Source: Candidatus Lustribacter sp.
GTDB lineage: Bacteria > Vulcanimicrobiota > Vulcanimicrobiia > Vulcanimicrobiales > Vulcanimicrobiaceae
Assembly: GCA_965277805.1 (NCBI GenBank)
Contig: OZ255842.1
Location: 1,952,001 to 2,016,000 of the forward strand
Direction of reading: 5' to 3'
Length of the DNA stretch: 64,000 nucleotides
Part shown: positions 48,001-58,121 of the stretch, in pieces
Position numbering within the stretch: position 1 is the stretch's first letter
Layout: each line of letters starts with the position of its first letter
Notes under the pieces: generated by a model
Seen by the model: the letters and a program-made list of their open reading frames with translations, nothing else
What the model was told of the DNA's origin: nothing
Database searches by the model: none
Translations under genes and position numbers: made by a program

Positions 48001-48981
48001 ATGATGCTTTCTCGAGCCATTCGTATCGCCGCGGCGTGTTCGATCGCGGTGCTCACCGCGGGCATGCTGCGGACGCCGCTGCGGGCGGCGGATCTCGTGA
48101 CGATCCGCGTCGCGGTCTCGCCGTCGGACGACGACACGGCGCCGCTGCTCTACGCCAAGGCCACCGGCATGTTCGAGCGCGCGGGTCTCGACGTGCAGAT
48201 TCAGCGGCTCGGGAGCGGTTCTGCGATCGCGAGCGCCGTGACGGGCGGCGCGATCGACATCGGCAAGTCGAGCATCATTTCGCTGCTCGCCGCCCATCAG
48301 CACGGCATTCCGTACTCGATCGTCGGAACGTGCGCGCTCTACAGCAGCAACGTACCGTTCGAGGGCCTCGTCGTCGCGAAGGACTCGACGATCACGACAG
48401 GCGCCGATCTGAACGGCAAGACCGTCTCCACGCAATCGCTCAACGACATCGGCCAGTTAGCGGAAGAGGCATGGGTCGATCAGCACGGCGGCGATTCGAA
48501 GACGCTGCACGTGACGGAGATTCCCACCTCGGCCGCCCAGCCCGCGGTGGAATCGCATCGGGTCGACGCCGCCATTCTGCTCGAACCGGTATTGAGCACC
48601 GCGCTGGCAGCCGGCAAGCTACGGCTGCTCGGTCACGCGTTTGGTTCGATCGCGCCGGCGTTTTTGTTCTCGGCCTGGTTCACGACCAACGACTATGCGG
48701 CCCAGCACGTCGATGCGATCCGCAAATTCGTCACCGTCATCTATCAAGCCGGTGCTTACACGAACACGCATCATAAGGATGCAGCACCGATCGTAGCAGC
48801 GCAAATCAAAATGCCGGTCGACGCCGTCCAAAATGCCGAGTGGTCAGCCGCCGGAACATCGATCGACCCGAATCTGATTCAGCCGGTGATCGACACCGCC
48901 GCCAAATACGGTACGATCTCGAAAACGTTCTCGTACCGCGACATGATCAACCCGGCATTTCTGACCCTGAAGGCACGCTAG
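48001..48981 (+). CDS. ABC substrate-binding protein, NMT1/SsuA-like
   Basis: Signal peptide, GMFERAGLDV, GGAIDIG, ADLNGKTV, VDAAILLEP. Confidence 0.8.
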   Translation: MMLSRAIRIAAACSIAVLTAGMLRTPLRAADLVTIRVAVSPSDDDTAPLLYAKATGMFERAGLDVQIQRLGSGSAIASAVTGGAIDIGKSSIISLLAAHQHGIPYSIVGTCALYSSNVPFEGLVVAKDSTITTGADLNGKTVSTQSLNDIGQLAEEAWVDQHGGDSKTLHVTEIPTSAAQPAVESHRVDAAILLEPVLSTALAAGKLRLLGHAFGSIAPAFLFSAWFTTNDYAAQHVDAIRKFVTVIYQAGAYTNTHHKDAAPIVAAQIKMPVDAVQNAEWSAAGTSIDPNLIQPVIDTAAKYGTISKTFSYRDMINPAFLTLKAR

Positions 48982-49550
48982 ACGGATTCGAGTTGGGCGG
49001 TCTCGGCTTCGATCGGGTCGGCTTGGGCGTCGAACGCGGCGCGCTTCGACTTCGCCGCGGCGTCGGCGAGCGGCTGCGACGCCGGTGGCGTTTGGATCGC
49101 GGCGGCCGTGCGCGCAAGCGTTAGCTGATCGATGCCCTTCTTCACCGAGCCGAGCGCGGTCGTGAGGCGGTTGTCTAGATCGAACAGGACTTGCGCCGCG
49201 TAGGCGTCCGCGCCTTCGCGAATGCGTTGCGCGCGCACTTCGGCTTCGCGCAGCACGGTCTCGGCGGTGATGCGCGCGCGGTTGACGATCTCGTGATCGT
49301 CGACCATTGCGGCATGCGCTTCGGAGGCGTCGCTGACGATCGCCTGCGCGCGTTCCTGAGCCTCACGCAACACGCGGTCTTTGTCTTTCGCGATCAGCTT
49401 GGCCTGACCGACTTCCGCCGGCAGCGTCGAGCGGATCTTCTCGATGAACTCGAAGAGCCGCTCTTCGGAAAGCACGCGCCGTTTCAGCGGCAACACCGTG
49501 CCCTGACGCACGTAGGCCTCGAGTTTGTCCAACACGCGATAGATGCTCAC
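48978..49550 (-). CDS. Coiled-coil DivIVA/SepIVA-like conserved protein
   Basis: LP.EV.QAK.I...KDRVLREAQERA, GADAYA..VL. Lies directly downstream of coaD, the usual position for this family. Confidence 0.65.
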   Translation of the reverse strand: MSIYRVLDKLEAYVRQGTVLPLKRRVLSEERLFEFIEKIRSTLPAEVGQAKLIAKDKDRVLREAQERAQAIVSDASEAHAAMVDDHEIVNRARITAETVLREAEVRAQRIREGADAYAAQVLFDLDNRLTTALGSVKKGIDQLTLARTAAAIQTPPASQPLADAAAKSKRAAFDAQADPIEAETAQLESV

Positions 49551-50086
49551 GATGGGTGTTTCTCCTCGGATGGTTCGGTGGTTCGCTGGGAAGCGCGCTT
49601 GGCGCGCATGACGTGCAGTACGGCTGCCGGAACGTATTGATCGATCTCCCCGCCCAGGGAGAAGACTTCTTTGACCAGGCTCGATGACACGAACGAATAC
49701 ATCGGGTCGCTCGGCACGAACATCGTGTCGATCCCGCTCAGCGAACGGTTCATCAGCGCGGTCGACATCTCGTTTTCAAAATCGGAGATGACGCGCAAGC
49801 CCTTGACGATGACGCCCGCGCCGGTGGCCTTCGCAAAGTCGGCCAGCAAGCCGCGGAAATCCCGCACTTCGACGTTAGGGAGATGCTTCGTCGCCGCAAC
49901 GATCATTTGCTTCCGCTCTTCGAGCGTGAACAGCGGTTCGCGCTTCTGCGGATTGACGACGACCGCAACGAGCACGCGCGGAAACACCGCGGCGGCGCGT
50001 TCGATCACGAAGAGATGGCCGAGCGTCAGCGGATCGAACGAGCCCGGGTAGATCGCGCTCGGCGAGGCGTGCGGTTGTCCGTTCAC
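49547..50086 (-). CDS. coaD: Pantetheine-phosphate adenylyltransferase
   Basis: AIYPGSFDPLTLGH, KGLRVISDFENE, FVSSSLVKEV. Confidence 0.96.
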   Translation of the reverse strand: MNGQPHASPSAIYPGSFDPLTLGHLFVIERAAAVFPRVLVAVVVNPQKREPLFTLEERKQMIVAATKHLPNVEVRDFRGLLADFAKATGAGVIVKGLRVISDFENEMSTALMNRSLSGIDTMFVPSDPMYSFVSSSLVKEVFSLGGEIDQYVPAAVLHVMRAKRASQRTTEPSEEKHPS

Positions 50087-50637
50087 GCCGGCTCCGGTTG
50101 CAGGAAAGCGAGCGCAACTTCACCGTATGCGGCCTCGCGTTGCACGGCGAACGCCGGATCGGCCGGCGCCGGTTCGCGCGAGCTGTGTTCGTAGACGACG
50201 AGCGAGCGTTCGTCGATCGCGCCGCGCTCGCGCAACACAGCGAACGCCGCCGCGGGATACGCTTGCGCGTAGGGCGGGTCGGCGAACACGAGGTCGTAGC
50301 GGCCCGCGACCATGCGCGCGGCGCGCTCCGCCGACATCGCGAGCACGGTGGTGCGGTCGGTGAGCCCGAGTTCGTGCGCCGCGCCGCGCAACGCATCGGC
50401 CGTGGGGCGGTGCTGCTCGACGAACGTCGCGTGCGCGGCGCCGCGCGAGAGCGCCTCGAAACCGAGTGCGCCCGTACCTGCGAAGAGGTCGAGGACGTTC
50501 GCGTTCCTGACCCGATCGGCGAGGATCGAGAACAACGCCTCTTTGACGCGGGCGGGAGTGGGGCGGACCGCGCGTCCGGACGGTGTCCTCACGCTTCTGC
50601 TACGAAGCGTCCCTCCGGTGAGTCTCAGCGTACCCAT
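50083..50637 (-). CDS. rsmD: 16S rRNA (guanine966-N2)-methyltransferase
   Basis: RPTPARVKEALF, LDLFAGTGALGFEALSRGA, DPPY. Adjacent to coaD. Confidence 0.93.
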   Translation of the reverse strand: MGTLRLTGGTLRSRSVRTPSGRAVRPTPARVKEALFSILADRVRNANVLDLFAGTGALGFEALSRGAAHATFVEQHRPTADALRGAAHELGLTDRTTVLAMSAERAARMVAGRYDLVFADPPYAQAYPAAAFAVLRERGAIDERSLVVYEHSSREPAPADPAFAVQREAAYGEVALAFLQPEPA

Positions 50638-50668
50638 TTGGATGGACCGTTATCTTCGCCATAATGTC

Positions 50669-51370
50669 TCACGCACCTCGAACGATGCCGGCCAGCGCGT
50701 CAAGATGTTCGATCTGCGCGGTCGGCTCCGCCAGCTCCGCCGGGTACGCGTCACCGCCGCGATTCAGCCACACCGCGCGCAATCCGTATGCGCGCGCTCC
50801 GGCGATATCGGCAATTGGATTGTCACCCACGTACCAGAGCTCTGCGGGCGTGACGCCGAGCGCCTCTTCCAGCTGACGGAACGCTTCCGCTGACGGTTTG
50901 TATGCACCGAGGAGATCGCTCACCAAGACCGGCCCGGGAAACACGCCGAGTGCGTGCTCGATCTTCCGTTCCTGCAATTCCGACCAGCCGTTGGTGAGGA
51001 TGGCGACCGGAATACCATCGGCAACGAGCGCGCGGATGCACTCGACCGCGCCCGGCACCGGCACGACCATTTCCGCGACGAGGTCGTAGCAGATCTGGCG
51101 ATAACGGCCTGCCAGCTCCTCACCGTCGACCTGTGTCGCCGCGCAGTTGCTGAGGAACTTTGCCGCGAAGCGCACCATCATTGCGGCCATCGATTCTTGC
51201 GCCGTGCGGAACGGCACGAGCAGCGCCTCGACGGCGTCGTACGTCGGCGCTTGTTCGATGTCGAGCAGTGAACCAAACTGCGCGGCGAGCACGCCGAACG
51301 CGTGCCGTTCGAGGTGGTTATCCATCCCGAGCGTATGATCGAAGTCGAAACCGACCGCGGTCTTCTTCAC
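50669..51370 (-). CDS. HAD-family hydrolase
   Basis: FDFDHTL, ILTNG, YKP, VGDNPIADIAGA. Confidence 0.88.
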   Translation of the reverse strand: MKKTAVGFDFDHTLGMDNHLERHAFGVLAAQFGSLLDIEQAPTYDAVEALLVPFRTAQESMAAMMVRFAAKFLSNCAATQVDGEELAGRYRQICYDLVAEMVVPVPGAVECIRALVADGIPVAILTNGWSELQERKIEHALGVFPGPVLVSDLLGAYKPSAEAFRQLEEALGVTPAELWYVGDNPIADIAGARAYGLRAVWLNRGGDAYPAELAEPTAQIEHLDALAGIVRGA

Positions 51371-53409
51371 GCGGTCACCAACAACGCGCGGGCCGCCGCA
51401 ACGTCGTCGATCAAGGCGCGCAGCGCGAGGTGCTCGGGCGCCGCAAGTTCCGGATCTTCCGACACGATCGCTTCGGCCGAACCTTTGGCCTGCATGTAGA
51501 GCGAGAAGTCGTCGACGATGTTCCCGATCGTGTCGTTGGCGCCGGCTTGCGTCGTGCCGGCCAAGACGCCGGCCTTACGCATCCGCAAGTCGGCTTCAGC
51601 CACTTCGAACCCGTCGTTCGTTTCGGCCAGCACGTCGAGCCGCTCGAGGAATTCCTGATTGCCGGACGTCACGAGCACGCACGTCGAGGCGGCCGCACCG
51701 CGTCCGACGCGGCCGCGCAATTGATGCAACGTCGCCAGCCCAAACCGTTCTGCATCCAAAACCACCATCACGCTCGCATTCGGCACGTCGACGCCCACTT
51801 CGATCACGGTCGTTGAAACCAGCACGTCGATCTCACCAGCCTTAAACCTAGCCATGACGGCTTCTTTCTCCTTCGGCGGCATGCGTCCGTGCAGCAACCC
51901 GACGCGCAAATCCGGGAACACCTCGCGCCCGATGTATTCGGCTTCCTTGATCGCGCTGCTCAGTTCGGTTTCGCCGGCCTCGATCGCCGGCACGACGACA
52001 TACGTCTGATGGCCGAGCTTCACGTTCTCGCGCACGAAATCGTAGACGCGCGCTTTGCGGCTGTCGCGAATGACAAAGGTCGCAACCGGCGTGCGCCCCG
52101 GCGGCAGCTCGTCGATGATCGAGACGTCGAGGTCGGCGTACTTCGTCTGCGCGAGCGTGCGCGGAATCGGCGTGGCGGTCAGATAGAGGGTGTGCGGTGC
52201 GAGGCTCTTGGCCCGCAGCTGCGCCCGCTGTTCGACGCCGAAGCGGTGCTGTTCGTCGATGATCACGAGCCCGAGGCGCGCGAACTCCACGTTTTCGGTG
52301 AGCAGCGCGTGCGTGCCGACGGCGAGCCCGGCGGCGCCCGAGGCCAGCCGCTCGCGCGCGTTGCGGCGGTCGCGCACGCCTTGCGAGCCGAAGATCGCCT
52401 CGACCGCGATGCCGAACGGCAGCAGCAGGGGCGCGAGCTTCTGCGCGTGCTGCGCCGCCAGAATTTCGGTGGGCGCCATCAGCGCGCTCTGCAGGCCGCC
52501 CCAGTGCGCGACGACGATCGCGGCGGCCGCGACGAGCGTCTTACCGCTGCCGACGTCGCCTTGCAAGAGCCGGTTCATCGGCGCGGTGCGGCGCATGTCG
52601 CGCGCGATCTGCTCGATGACGCGTGTCTGCGCGCCGGTTGGCGCGAACGGCAATTCCGCTTTGAAGCGCTCGTACCAGTCCGGCGGCGGTTCGATCGGCG
52701 GCGCGCCGCCCGCCGCCTCGCGGCGTGCGCGCTTGAGCGCGGCGGCAAGCGCGATGCCGAAGAATTCCTCGAACACGATGCGGCCGCGGCCGCGTTCCAC
52801 GTCTTCCGGAACGCGCGGCGCGTGCACGCCGAACCACGCTTCGCGCAGCGGCGGGAAGTCGTGCTTGCGTACGAGCGCGGGCGGCAGCGCGTCGACGCGC
52901 GTTGCGATCAGGCGGTCGAGGTTCTTCGCGATCGTGGTGCGGATCGTGCGCGACGGCAGATCCTTCGTTGCGCCGTAGACCGGGACGATCTCGCCCACGT
53001 ACGGCTCGTCGCCGCGCAGTTCGCGGTGCGCGGTGACGTTGATTTCGGGCAACAGGCCGACTCGCGTGACGCGGCCGCTCACGAAGAGCCGGCCGCCGGC
53101 AGCAAAGCGGCCGAAGAGATGGCGGCGGCCGAAGAATTTCGCCGCGATCGCGCCGGTATCGTCGGCGAGCGTCACGGTGACGAGCGGAAAACGGCCGGCG
53201 CGTTCTTTCACGCCCACGATACGGCCGACGACGATCGCTTCGCCTTCGACCAGCGTCGCGATCGCTTGCGGCACCCGCCAGTCTCGGTATGCGCGCGGTA
53301 AATGCGCGAGCAGCTGCTCGGGCGTTTCGATCCCGAGTTCGGCAAACTTCGCCGCCGTCGACGGACCGACGCCGGCTAACCCTGCGAGTGAGTGCTTGTC
53401 GACGGTCAG
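51367..53409 (-). CDS. recG: ATP-dependent DNA helicase RecG (probable CTG start)
   Basis: MNRLLQGDVGSGKT, IIDEQHRFGV, TATPIPRTL, LHQLRGRVGRG. The conserved N-terminus (GVGP...ELGIET..QLLAHLPRAYRD) extends upstream of the ORF-track start to CTG 53409. Confidence 0.95.
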   Translation of the reverse strand: MTVDKHSLAGLAGVGPSTAAKFAELGIETPEQLLAHLPRAYRDWRVPQAIATLVEGEAIVVGRIVGVKERAGRFPLVTVTLADDTGAIAAKFFGRRHLFGRFAAGGRLFVSGRVTRVGLLPEINVTAHRELRGDEPYVGEIVPVYGATKDLPSRTIRTTIAKNLDRLIATRVDALPPALVRKHDFPPLREAWFGVHAPRVPEDVERGRGRIVFEEFFGIALAAALKRARREAAGGAPPIEPPPDWYERFKAELPFAPTGAQTRVIEQIARDMRRTAPMNRLLQGDVGSGKTLVAAAAIVVAHWGGLQSALMAPTEILAAQHAQKLAPLLLPFGIAVEAIFGSQGVRDRRNARERLASGAAGLAVGTHALLTENVEFARLGLVIIDEQHRFGVEQRAQLRAKSLAPHTLYLTATPIPRTLAQTKYADLDVSIIDELPPGRTPVATFVIRDSRKARVYDFVRENVKLGHQTYVVVPAIEAGETELSSAIKEAEYIGREVFPDLRVGLLHGRMPPKEKEAVMARFKAGEIDVLVSTTVIEVGVDVPNASVMVVLDAERFGLATLHQLRGRVGRGAAASTCVLVTSGNQEFLERLDVLAETNDGFEVAEADLRMRKAGVLAGTTQAGANDTIGNIVDDFSLYMQAKGSAEAIVSEDPELAAPEHLALRALIDDVAAARALLVTA

Positions 53410-54053
53410 CCCGCAGCGCGCCGCGCGAGTTCGTCGCCGATCTCGTCGAGCGTGACTTTACGTTCCGCCAGCAGCACCAGCGAGTGATAGAGCAAATCGC
53501 TCATCTCCCAGACGAGTTCGGCTTTGTCTTCGTTCTTCGCCGCGATCACGACCTCGGTCGCTTCTTCGCCGATTTTCTTGGCGATGCGATCGACGCCGCC
53601 TTCGAAGAGCTTCGCCGTGTAACTGCCTTCGGGCGGGTTCGTGTGGCGGTCGGCAATCGTGCTCGAAAGCGCGAGCATCGCCTCGGCGAAGTGCGCGCCG
53701 TTGGGCGTCGCTTCGGCGCCCGCGAGCGGGACGACTTCGGTGAAACACGTCGGCGCGCCGGTATGACAGGCCGGCCCATCGGGAATCACCCGGTAGAGTA
53801 ACGCGTCGTTATCGCAATCGATCGCCACCGCCACTACCTGCTGGGTGTTCCCCGACGTCGCGCCTTTATTCCAGAGTTCCGCGCGCGAGCGGCTGTAAAG
53901 CCAGGTGGATTTCGAAGCCAACGTCTTTTCCAACGCCTCGCGATTGGCGTAGGCGAGCGTCAACACGGCGTTCGTGCGCGCGTCGACGATCACTACCGGT
54001 GCGAGGCCGTCACCGTTCCATTTCACAGTCGACAGAAGTGCTGCGGCTTCCAC
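53406..54053 (-). CDS. hisIE: Bifunctional phosphoribosyl-AMP cyclohydrolase / phosphoribosyl-ATP pyrophosphatase
   Basis: SRSRAELWNKGATSG, DCDND, GPACHTG, KKIGEEATEV, DLLYH. Confidence 0.95.
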   Translation of the reverse strand: MEAAALLSTVKWNGDGLAPVVIVDARTNAVLTLAYANREALEKTLASKSTWLYSRSRAELWNKGATSGNTQQVVAVAIDCDNDALLYRVIPDGPACHTGAPTCFTEVVPLAGAEATPNGAHFAEAMLALSSTIADRHTNPPEGSYTAKLFEGGVDRIAKKIGEEATEVVIAAKNEDKAELVWEMSDLLYHSLVLLAERKVTLDEIGDELARRAAG

Positions 54054-54823
54054 TAGACGGCCACCGCTTCTAGCCGCACCGGGATATGGTGCGCGGCGAG
54101 TTCGCGTTTCACGTCGACGATCGCGAGCTCGCCGTAGTGGAAGAGCGTCGCCGCGAGCGCCGCATCGCTGCCGGTCTCTTCGAACACCTCGACAAAGTCG
54201 GCCTTCGTGCCCGCGCCGCCCGAGGCGATGATCGGCAGGTTGACGGCGGCGCGCATTGCGCGCAAGAGCGGCAGATCGAAGCCCGCCTTCGTGCCGTCGC
54301 GATCGATGCTGGTGACGAGCAGCTCGCCCGCGCCGCGCCGCTCGGCTTCTTGCGCCCACGCGATCGCGTCACGGCCGGTCGGCGTGCGGCCGCCGTCGAC
54401 CACCACTTCGAAATCACCGTCGACCGTACGCACGTCGATCGCGACGACGACGCATTGCGCGCCGAAGCGGTGCGCGGCTTCGTCGATCAGGCCGGGACTG
54501 CGCAGCGCCGCCGAGTTGATGCTGACCTTGTCGCAGCCGGCGCGCAGCAGATCGTTCATGTCCTCGACGGTCTTCACGCCGCCGCCGACCGCGAACGGGA
54601 TCGTCAGCTCGGCCGCAACCGCGCGCACCACGGCCAGGGTGGCCTTGCGCCCTTCGACCGTCGCCGTGATGTCGAGGAAGACCAGCTCATCGGCGCCTTC
54701 GTGCTCGTAGCGGCGCGCGAGTTCGACCGGATCGCCGGCATCGGCGAGTTCGACGAACTTGATGCCTTTGACGACGCGGCCTTCTTTGATATCGAGACAG
54801 GGGACGATCCGGCGGACGAGCAT
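54053..54823 (-). CDS. hisF: Imidazole glycerol phosphate synthase cyclase subunit
   Basis: [38 protein letters not shown]. Confidence 0.97.
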   Translation of the reverse strand: MLVRRIVPCLDIKEGRVVKGIKFVELADAGDPVELARRYEHEGADELVFLDITATVEGRKATLAVVRAVAAELTIPFAVGGGVKTVEDMNDLLRAGCDKVSINSAALRSPGLIDEAAHRFGAQCVVVAIDVRTVDGDFEVVVDGGRTPTGRDAIAWAQEAERRGAGELLVTSIDRDGTKAGFDLPLLRAMRAAVNLPIIASGGAGTKADFVEVFEETGSDAALAATLFHYGELAIVDVKRELAAHHIPVRLEAVAV

Positions 54824-54833
54824 GGGTCTTTCT

Positions 54834-56216
54834 TTAGCGCTGCGGCGCGGCTTCCATGGTGGAGAACCCGGTATTGGTGCCGTCCTCATGCGCGAGGACG
54901 GTCATCGCGAGAATCGCCAGGTCGTCGGCGATCGAGCCCCCGTAGCGCCGTTCGGCCTCGGCCAGCAACACGTCGCAAATGCCTTGAGCGTCCAGCGGCG
55001 CCGCTGCCAGCAACGCCGAGACACCGTCGTCGCCCAAAAAGGTTCCGCTCGCGTCGCGCGACTCCGTGAGGCCGTCGGTCGCCAAGACGACGGTCGAGCC
55101 GACCGGCAGTTCGACGGTTCCGACGCCGAAGGTGCTGTCCGGACCGAGACCCACGATCGGTCCGGTCGGCGGCAGCTGCTCCACCGTGGCCCCGCGCCGC
55201 ACGAACGCGGTCGAATGGCCCGCACCCACGTAGCGCAGCGTGTGCGTGCGGGCATCGAACCGGCCGAGGAAGAGCACGACGAAGATGCCCGGGTCGTCGA
55301 ACGTATCGAGGAAGATCCGGTTGAAGCGCTGGACGACCACGCCCGGATCGTCGCGCTCTGCCGCAAGTGCGCGCAGCGCATACTGCACGAAGGCCGCATG
55401 GCGCGCGGCCTGGATGCCTTTGCCGCTGGCGTCGGCGATCAAAAACCAGCCCGTCTCCGGGCCGTCGCGCCAGGTGTCGAGCAGATCGCCGCCTACCAGC
55501 GCTTCGGCCGTCGCGGAGAGGTAGGCGTAACCGATCTCCGTGCGCGGCAGACGCGTGCCGCCCACGCGCAACGTCTGCTGCAACGCGCCGACGAGCGAAC
55601 GTTCGCGCTCCAAACGCTGTTCCGCCGTGGCGCGCGCGAGGCCGAGAATGACGGCCGCAAAAGCAAATAGCGCGACGATGCCGGCGCTGACGCCGACCGT
55701 GAGATTGATCGTGGAGCGCAACTGCGCTTCTTGACGCAGGCTCGCAACGGCCAGCGTATCGCGTAATTGCTGCGAGGAAGCGCGCAGCTGATCGGTCAGC
55801 AATTTCCCGTACGTTTGAACCGGCAGCGCGTCGCGGCGCCCCGGATCGCGCAGCAGCGGAAGGGCGACCTGGCGTTCCCACCGGTCGTGAGTCCGCTTGA
55901 TGTCGAGCACGACCGGGGCCGCCTCGGGGACGCCCGCCGCCGTCACGGCCTGCACGAGTTTCTCGACGGCCTGGTCGAACTGCGGGTTCGGCGGACCGTC
56001 GGGGTCGAGAAAATACTTGTCACGCGTCGAGACGAAACCGCGCAAGCCGGTTTCTTCGGAGAGCTGCTCGCGAAAGATTGCGTCGACGCCTTCGCGGGCG
56101 GCCGCGAGCCGCACTTGCGCGTTGGACTCGGCATCCAGCTGACGCACGCCCAATACGGGTCCGACTACTGCGACGGCCACGAAGGCCGCCAGCAGGAGCA
56201 GGATTGGAGGCGACAC
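54834..56216 (-). CDS. Membrane CHASE3-like sensor / PP2C (SpoIIE) phosphatase
   Basis: [10 protein letters not shown] (CHASE3-like), [30 protein letters not shown]. The start is uncertain; the nearest start that keeps the first TM intact lies inside tRNA-Cys. Confidence 0.82.
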   Translation of the reverse strand: MSPPILLLLAAFVAVAVVGPVLGVRQLDAESNAQVRLAAAREGVDAIFREQLSEETGLRGFVSTRDKYFLDPDGPPNPQFDQAVEKLVQAVTAAGVPEAAPVVLDIKRTHDRWERQVALPLLRDPGRRDALPVQTYGKLLTDQLRASSQQLRDTLAVASLRQEAQLRSTINLTVGVSAGIVALFAFAAVILGLARATAEQRLERERSLVGALQQTLRVGGTRLPRTEIGYAYLSATAEALVGGDLLDTWRDGPETGWFLIADASGKGIQAARHAAFVQYALRALAAERDDPGVVVQRFNRIFLDTFDDPGIFVVLFLGRFDARTHTLRYVGAGHSTAFVRRGATVEQLPPTGPIVGLGPDSTFGVGTVELPVGSTVVLATDGLTESRDASGTFLGDDGVSALLAAAPLDAQGICDVLLAEAERRYGGSIADDLAILAMTVLAHEDGTNTGFSTMEAAPQR

Positions 56217-56278
56217 CCAGATTCGAACTGGGGATGGAGCTTTTGCAGAGCTCTGCCTTACCACTTGGCTATGTCGCC
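56205..56278 (-). tRNA. tRNA-Cys(GCA)
   Basis: GGCGACATAGCCAAGTGGTAAGGCAGAGCTCTGCAAAAGCTCCATCCCCAGTTCGAATCTGGGTGTCGCCTCCA forms a cloverleaf with encoded CCA. Confidence 0.96.
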
Positions 56279-56283
56279 GATCC

Positions 56284-56357
56284 TGGAGCGGGTGGCGGGA
56301 ATCGAACCCGCGCGTCAACCTTGGGAAGGTCGCAGGCTACCATTACATCACACCCGC
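56284..56357 (-). tRNA. tRNA-Gly(CCC)
   Basis: GCGGGTGTGATGTAATGGTAGCCTGCGACCTTCCCAAGGTTGACGCGCGGGTTCGATTCCCGCCACCCGCTCCA. Confidence 0.95.
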
Positions 56358-56476
56358 GTTTCCGGACCAACGTCCAGCGGTTCGCGCGTTTCACTGACGG
56401 TCCTTTGCTCGGCTAAAATGCCCTCGCCTCCGGCCGAGAGCAGTGGAAACGGTCGACTTCGCGAACGAAACGGCCC

Positions 56477-57253
56477 GTGATACGCATGGCGGTCGTGCTG
56501 GCGGCTGCGATCCTCGTCGCGTTCATCCTGCTACCGCTCACGGGCCTCTTCTTCCATTTACAGCCCGGCGATATCATCGCTGCCCTGCAGACCACTGCAG
56601 CGCAACAGGCGTTGCGTCTGAGCATCATTACGACGCTCTGCTCGCTTGCTATCACCCTGGGCCTGGGCACGCCGCTTGCGTACGTTCTCGCACGCAGCAA
56701 CTTCCCGTTTCGCTCGCTCGTCGACGCGATCGTCGATTTGCCGATCGTCGCGCCGCCCGCCGTGGCCGGTCTCGCGCTCCTCCTGGCCTTCGGCCGAAAT
56801 GGCACGTTCGGCCCGCTCCTCGGCACACTCGGCATCTCGCTTTCGTTTAGTACGATCGCCGTCATCATGGCGCAGACGTTTGTCGCTTCGCCGTTCTACG
56901 TGCGCTCCGCGCGGGCCGGCTTCATCGCGACGGACCGCACCCTCGAAGCCGCCTCCGCGAGCCTCGGCATGGGTCCGCTGCGCACCTTCGCCTTCATCAC
57001 GATTCCGCTGGCCGCGCCCGCCCTGATCGGCGGCGCCGTGCTATCGTGGGCGCGCGCGCTCGGCGAGTTCGGCGCGACGATCATGTTTGCGGGCAATCTG
57101 CAAGGCGTCTCGCAAACGCTACCACTGGCGGTGTACCTCAACCTCGAAAGCGGCAATCTCCCGGTTGCGGTCGTGCTCTCGGTCATCCTCATTCTCTTCA
57201 GCCTCGTCGTCGTCGTCGCGGTGCAAGCGTCGGCGGAACGCCGCCCGGTCTGA
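56477..57253 (+). CDS. modB: Molybdate ABC transporter permease
   Basis: DLPIVAPPAVAGLALLLAFGRNG, EAASASLG, WARALGEFGATIMFAGN, TLPLAVY. Confidence 0.88.
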   Translation: MIRMAVVLAAAILVAFILLPLTGLFFHLQPGDIIAALQTTAAQQALRLSIITTLCSLAITLGLGTPLAYVLARSNFPFRSLVDAIVDLPIVAPPAVAGLALLLAFGRNGTFGPLLGTLGISLSFSTIAVIMAQTFVASPFYVRSARAGFIATDRTLEAASASLGMGPLRTFAFITIPLAAPALIGGAVLSWARALGEFGATIMFAGNLQGVSQTLPLAVYLNLESGNLPVAVVLSVILILFSLVVVVAVQASAERRPV

Positions 57254-57903
57254 TGCTGACGTTCGACCTGCATATGGAACTGCGCGAATTTTCATTCGAC
57301 GCAACGGGCGAAGCGCCGAACGGCGTGACCGTCGTCGAAGGTCCGAGCGGTGCGGGAAAGACAACGTTGCTGCGTTTGCTCGCCGGATTGATCCGTCCGA
57401 AAACGGGCACGGTCGCCCTCGGGGGACGAACGCTCACCGACACCGCGCAACGGCTGTTCGTGCCGCCCGCAAAACGCAACATCGCGATCCTCTTTCAGGA
57501 ATACGCGCTCTTCCCGCACTACGACGTCGCAGGCAATGTGGAGTACGGCTTGCGCGCGCGCAACGTCCCGAAGGAAGAACGTCGGGAACGCGTGATGCGC
57601 GAACTGCAGCGGCTCGACATCGGAACGCTCGCGCGCGCGCGCGTCACCGAACTCTCCGGCGGTCAGCGGCAGCGCGTCGCGCTCGCGCGCGCGCTCGTTG
57701 TGAAACCGGCCGCGCTGCTGCTCGACGAACCACTCGCCGCGCTCGACGTCGCGACGCGCAAGCTGGTGCGCGGCGAGCTCGCAACGATGCTCAAGCAAGT
57801 GAACGTGCCGACGCTTTTCGTCAGCCACGATCCGGGTGCTCGCCAGCTTTTCCCCGGCCCGGCGTTCCACATCGAACGCGGCACGCTCACGCAACTTCCG
57901 TAA
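57253..57903 (+). CDS. modC: Molybdate ABC transporter ATP-binding subunit
   Basis: GPSGAGKT, FQEYALFPH, LSGGQRQR, LLLDEP, VSHD. Confidence 0.82.
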   Translation: MLTFDLHMELREFSFDATGEAPNGVTVVEGPSGAGKTTLLRLLAGLIRPKTGTVALGGRTLTDTAQRLFVPPAKRNIAILFQEYALFPHYDVAGNVEYGLRARNVPKEERRERVMRELQRLDIGTLARARVTELSGGQRQRVALARALVVKPAALLLDEPLAALDVATRKLVRGELATMLKQVNVPTLFVSHDPGARQLFPGPAFHIERGTLTQLP

Positions 57904-57925
57904 CCGCACGACGGTAGGTACGAGG

Positions 57926-58114
57926 GTGAAGTTGCTGCTCGAGATCCTGCTCTCGATCTTTCTCCACCCGATCGCCGCGGTGCTGATGTGGATCAACCTG
58001 TTCGCCCGCACCGACCTCAACGATGCGCAGAAACTCATTTGGGCGATCACCGGCATCCTATGGGGCGTCGGCCCGATACTCTACTTCCTCGTCGGCGGGG
58101 GCGAGCTCTGGTAG
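57926..58114 (+). CDS. Small two-TM membrane protein (PLDc_N-like)
   Basis: GTG after GAGG; K.IW...I..GVGPILYFLVG pattern. Confidence 0.65.
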   Translation: MKLLLEILLSIFLHPIAAVLMWINLFARTDLNDAQKLIWAITGILWGVGPILYFLVGGGELW

Positions 58115-58121
58115 CTCGCAG

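Noticed and set aside
56205-56357. tRNAs as an integration site for a mobile element
   Set aside because: I found no integrase and no duplicated tRNA 3' end in the window.
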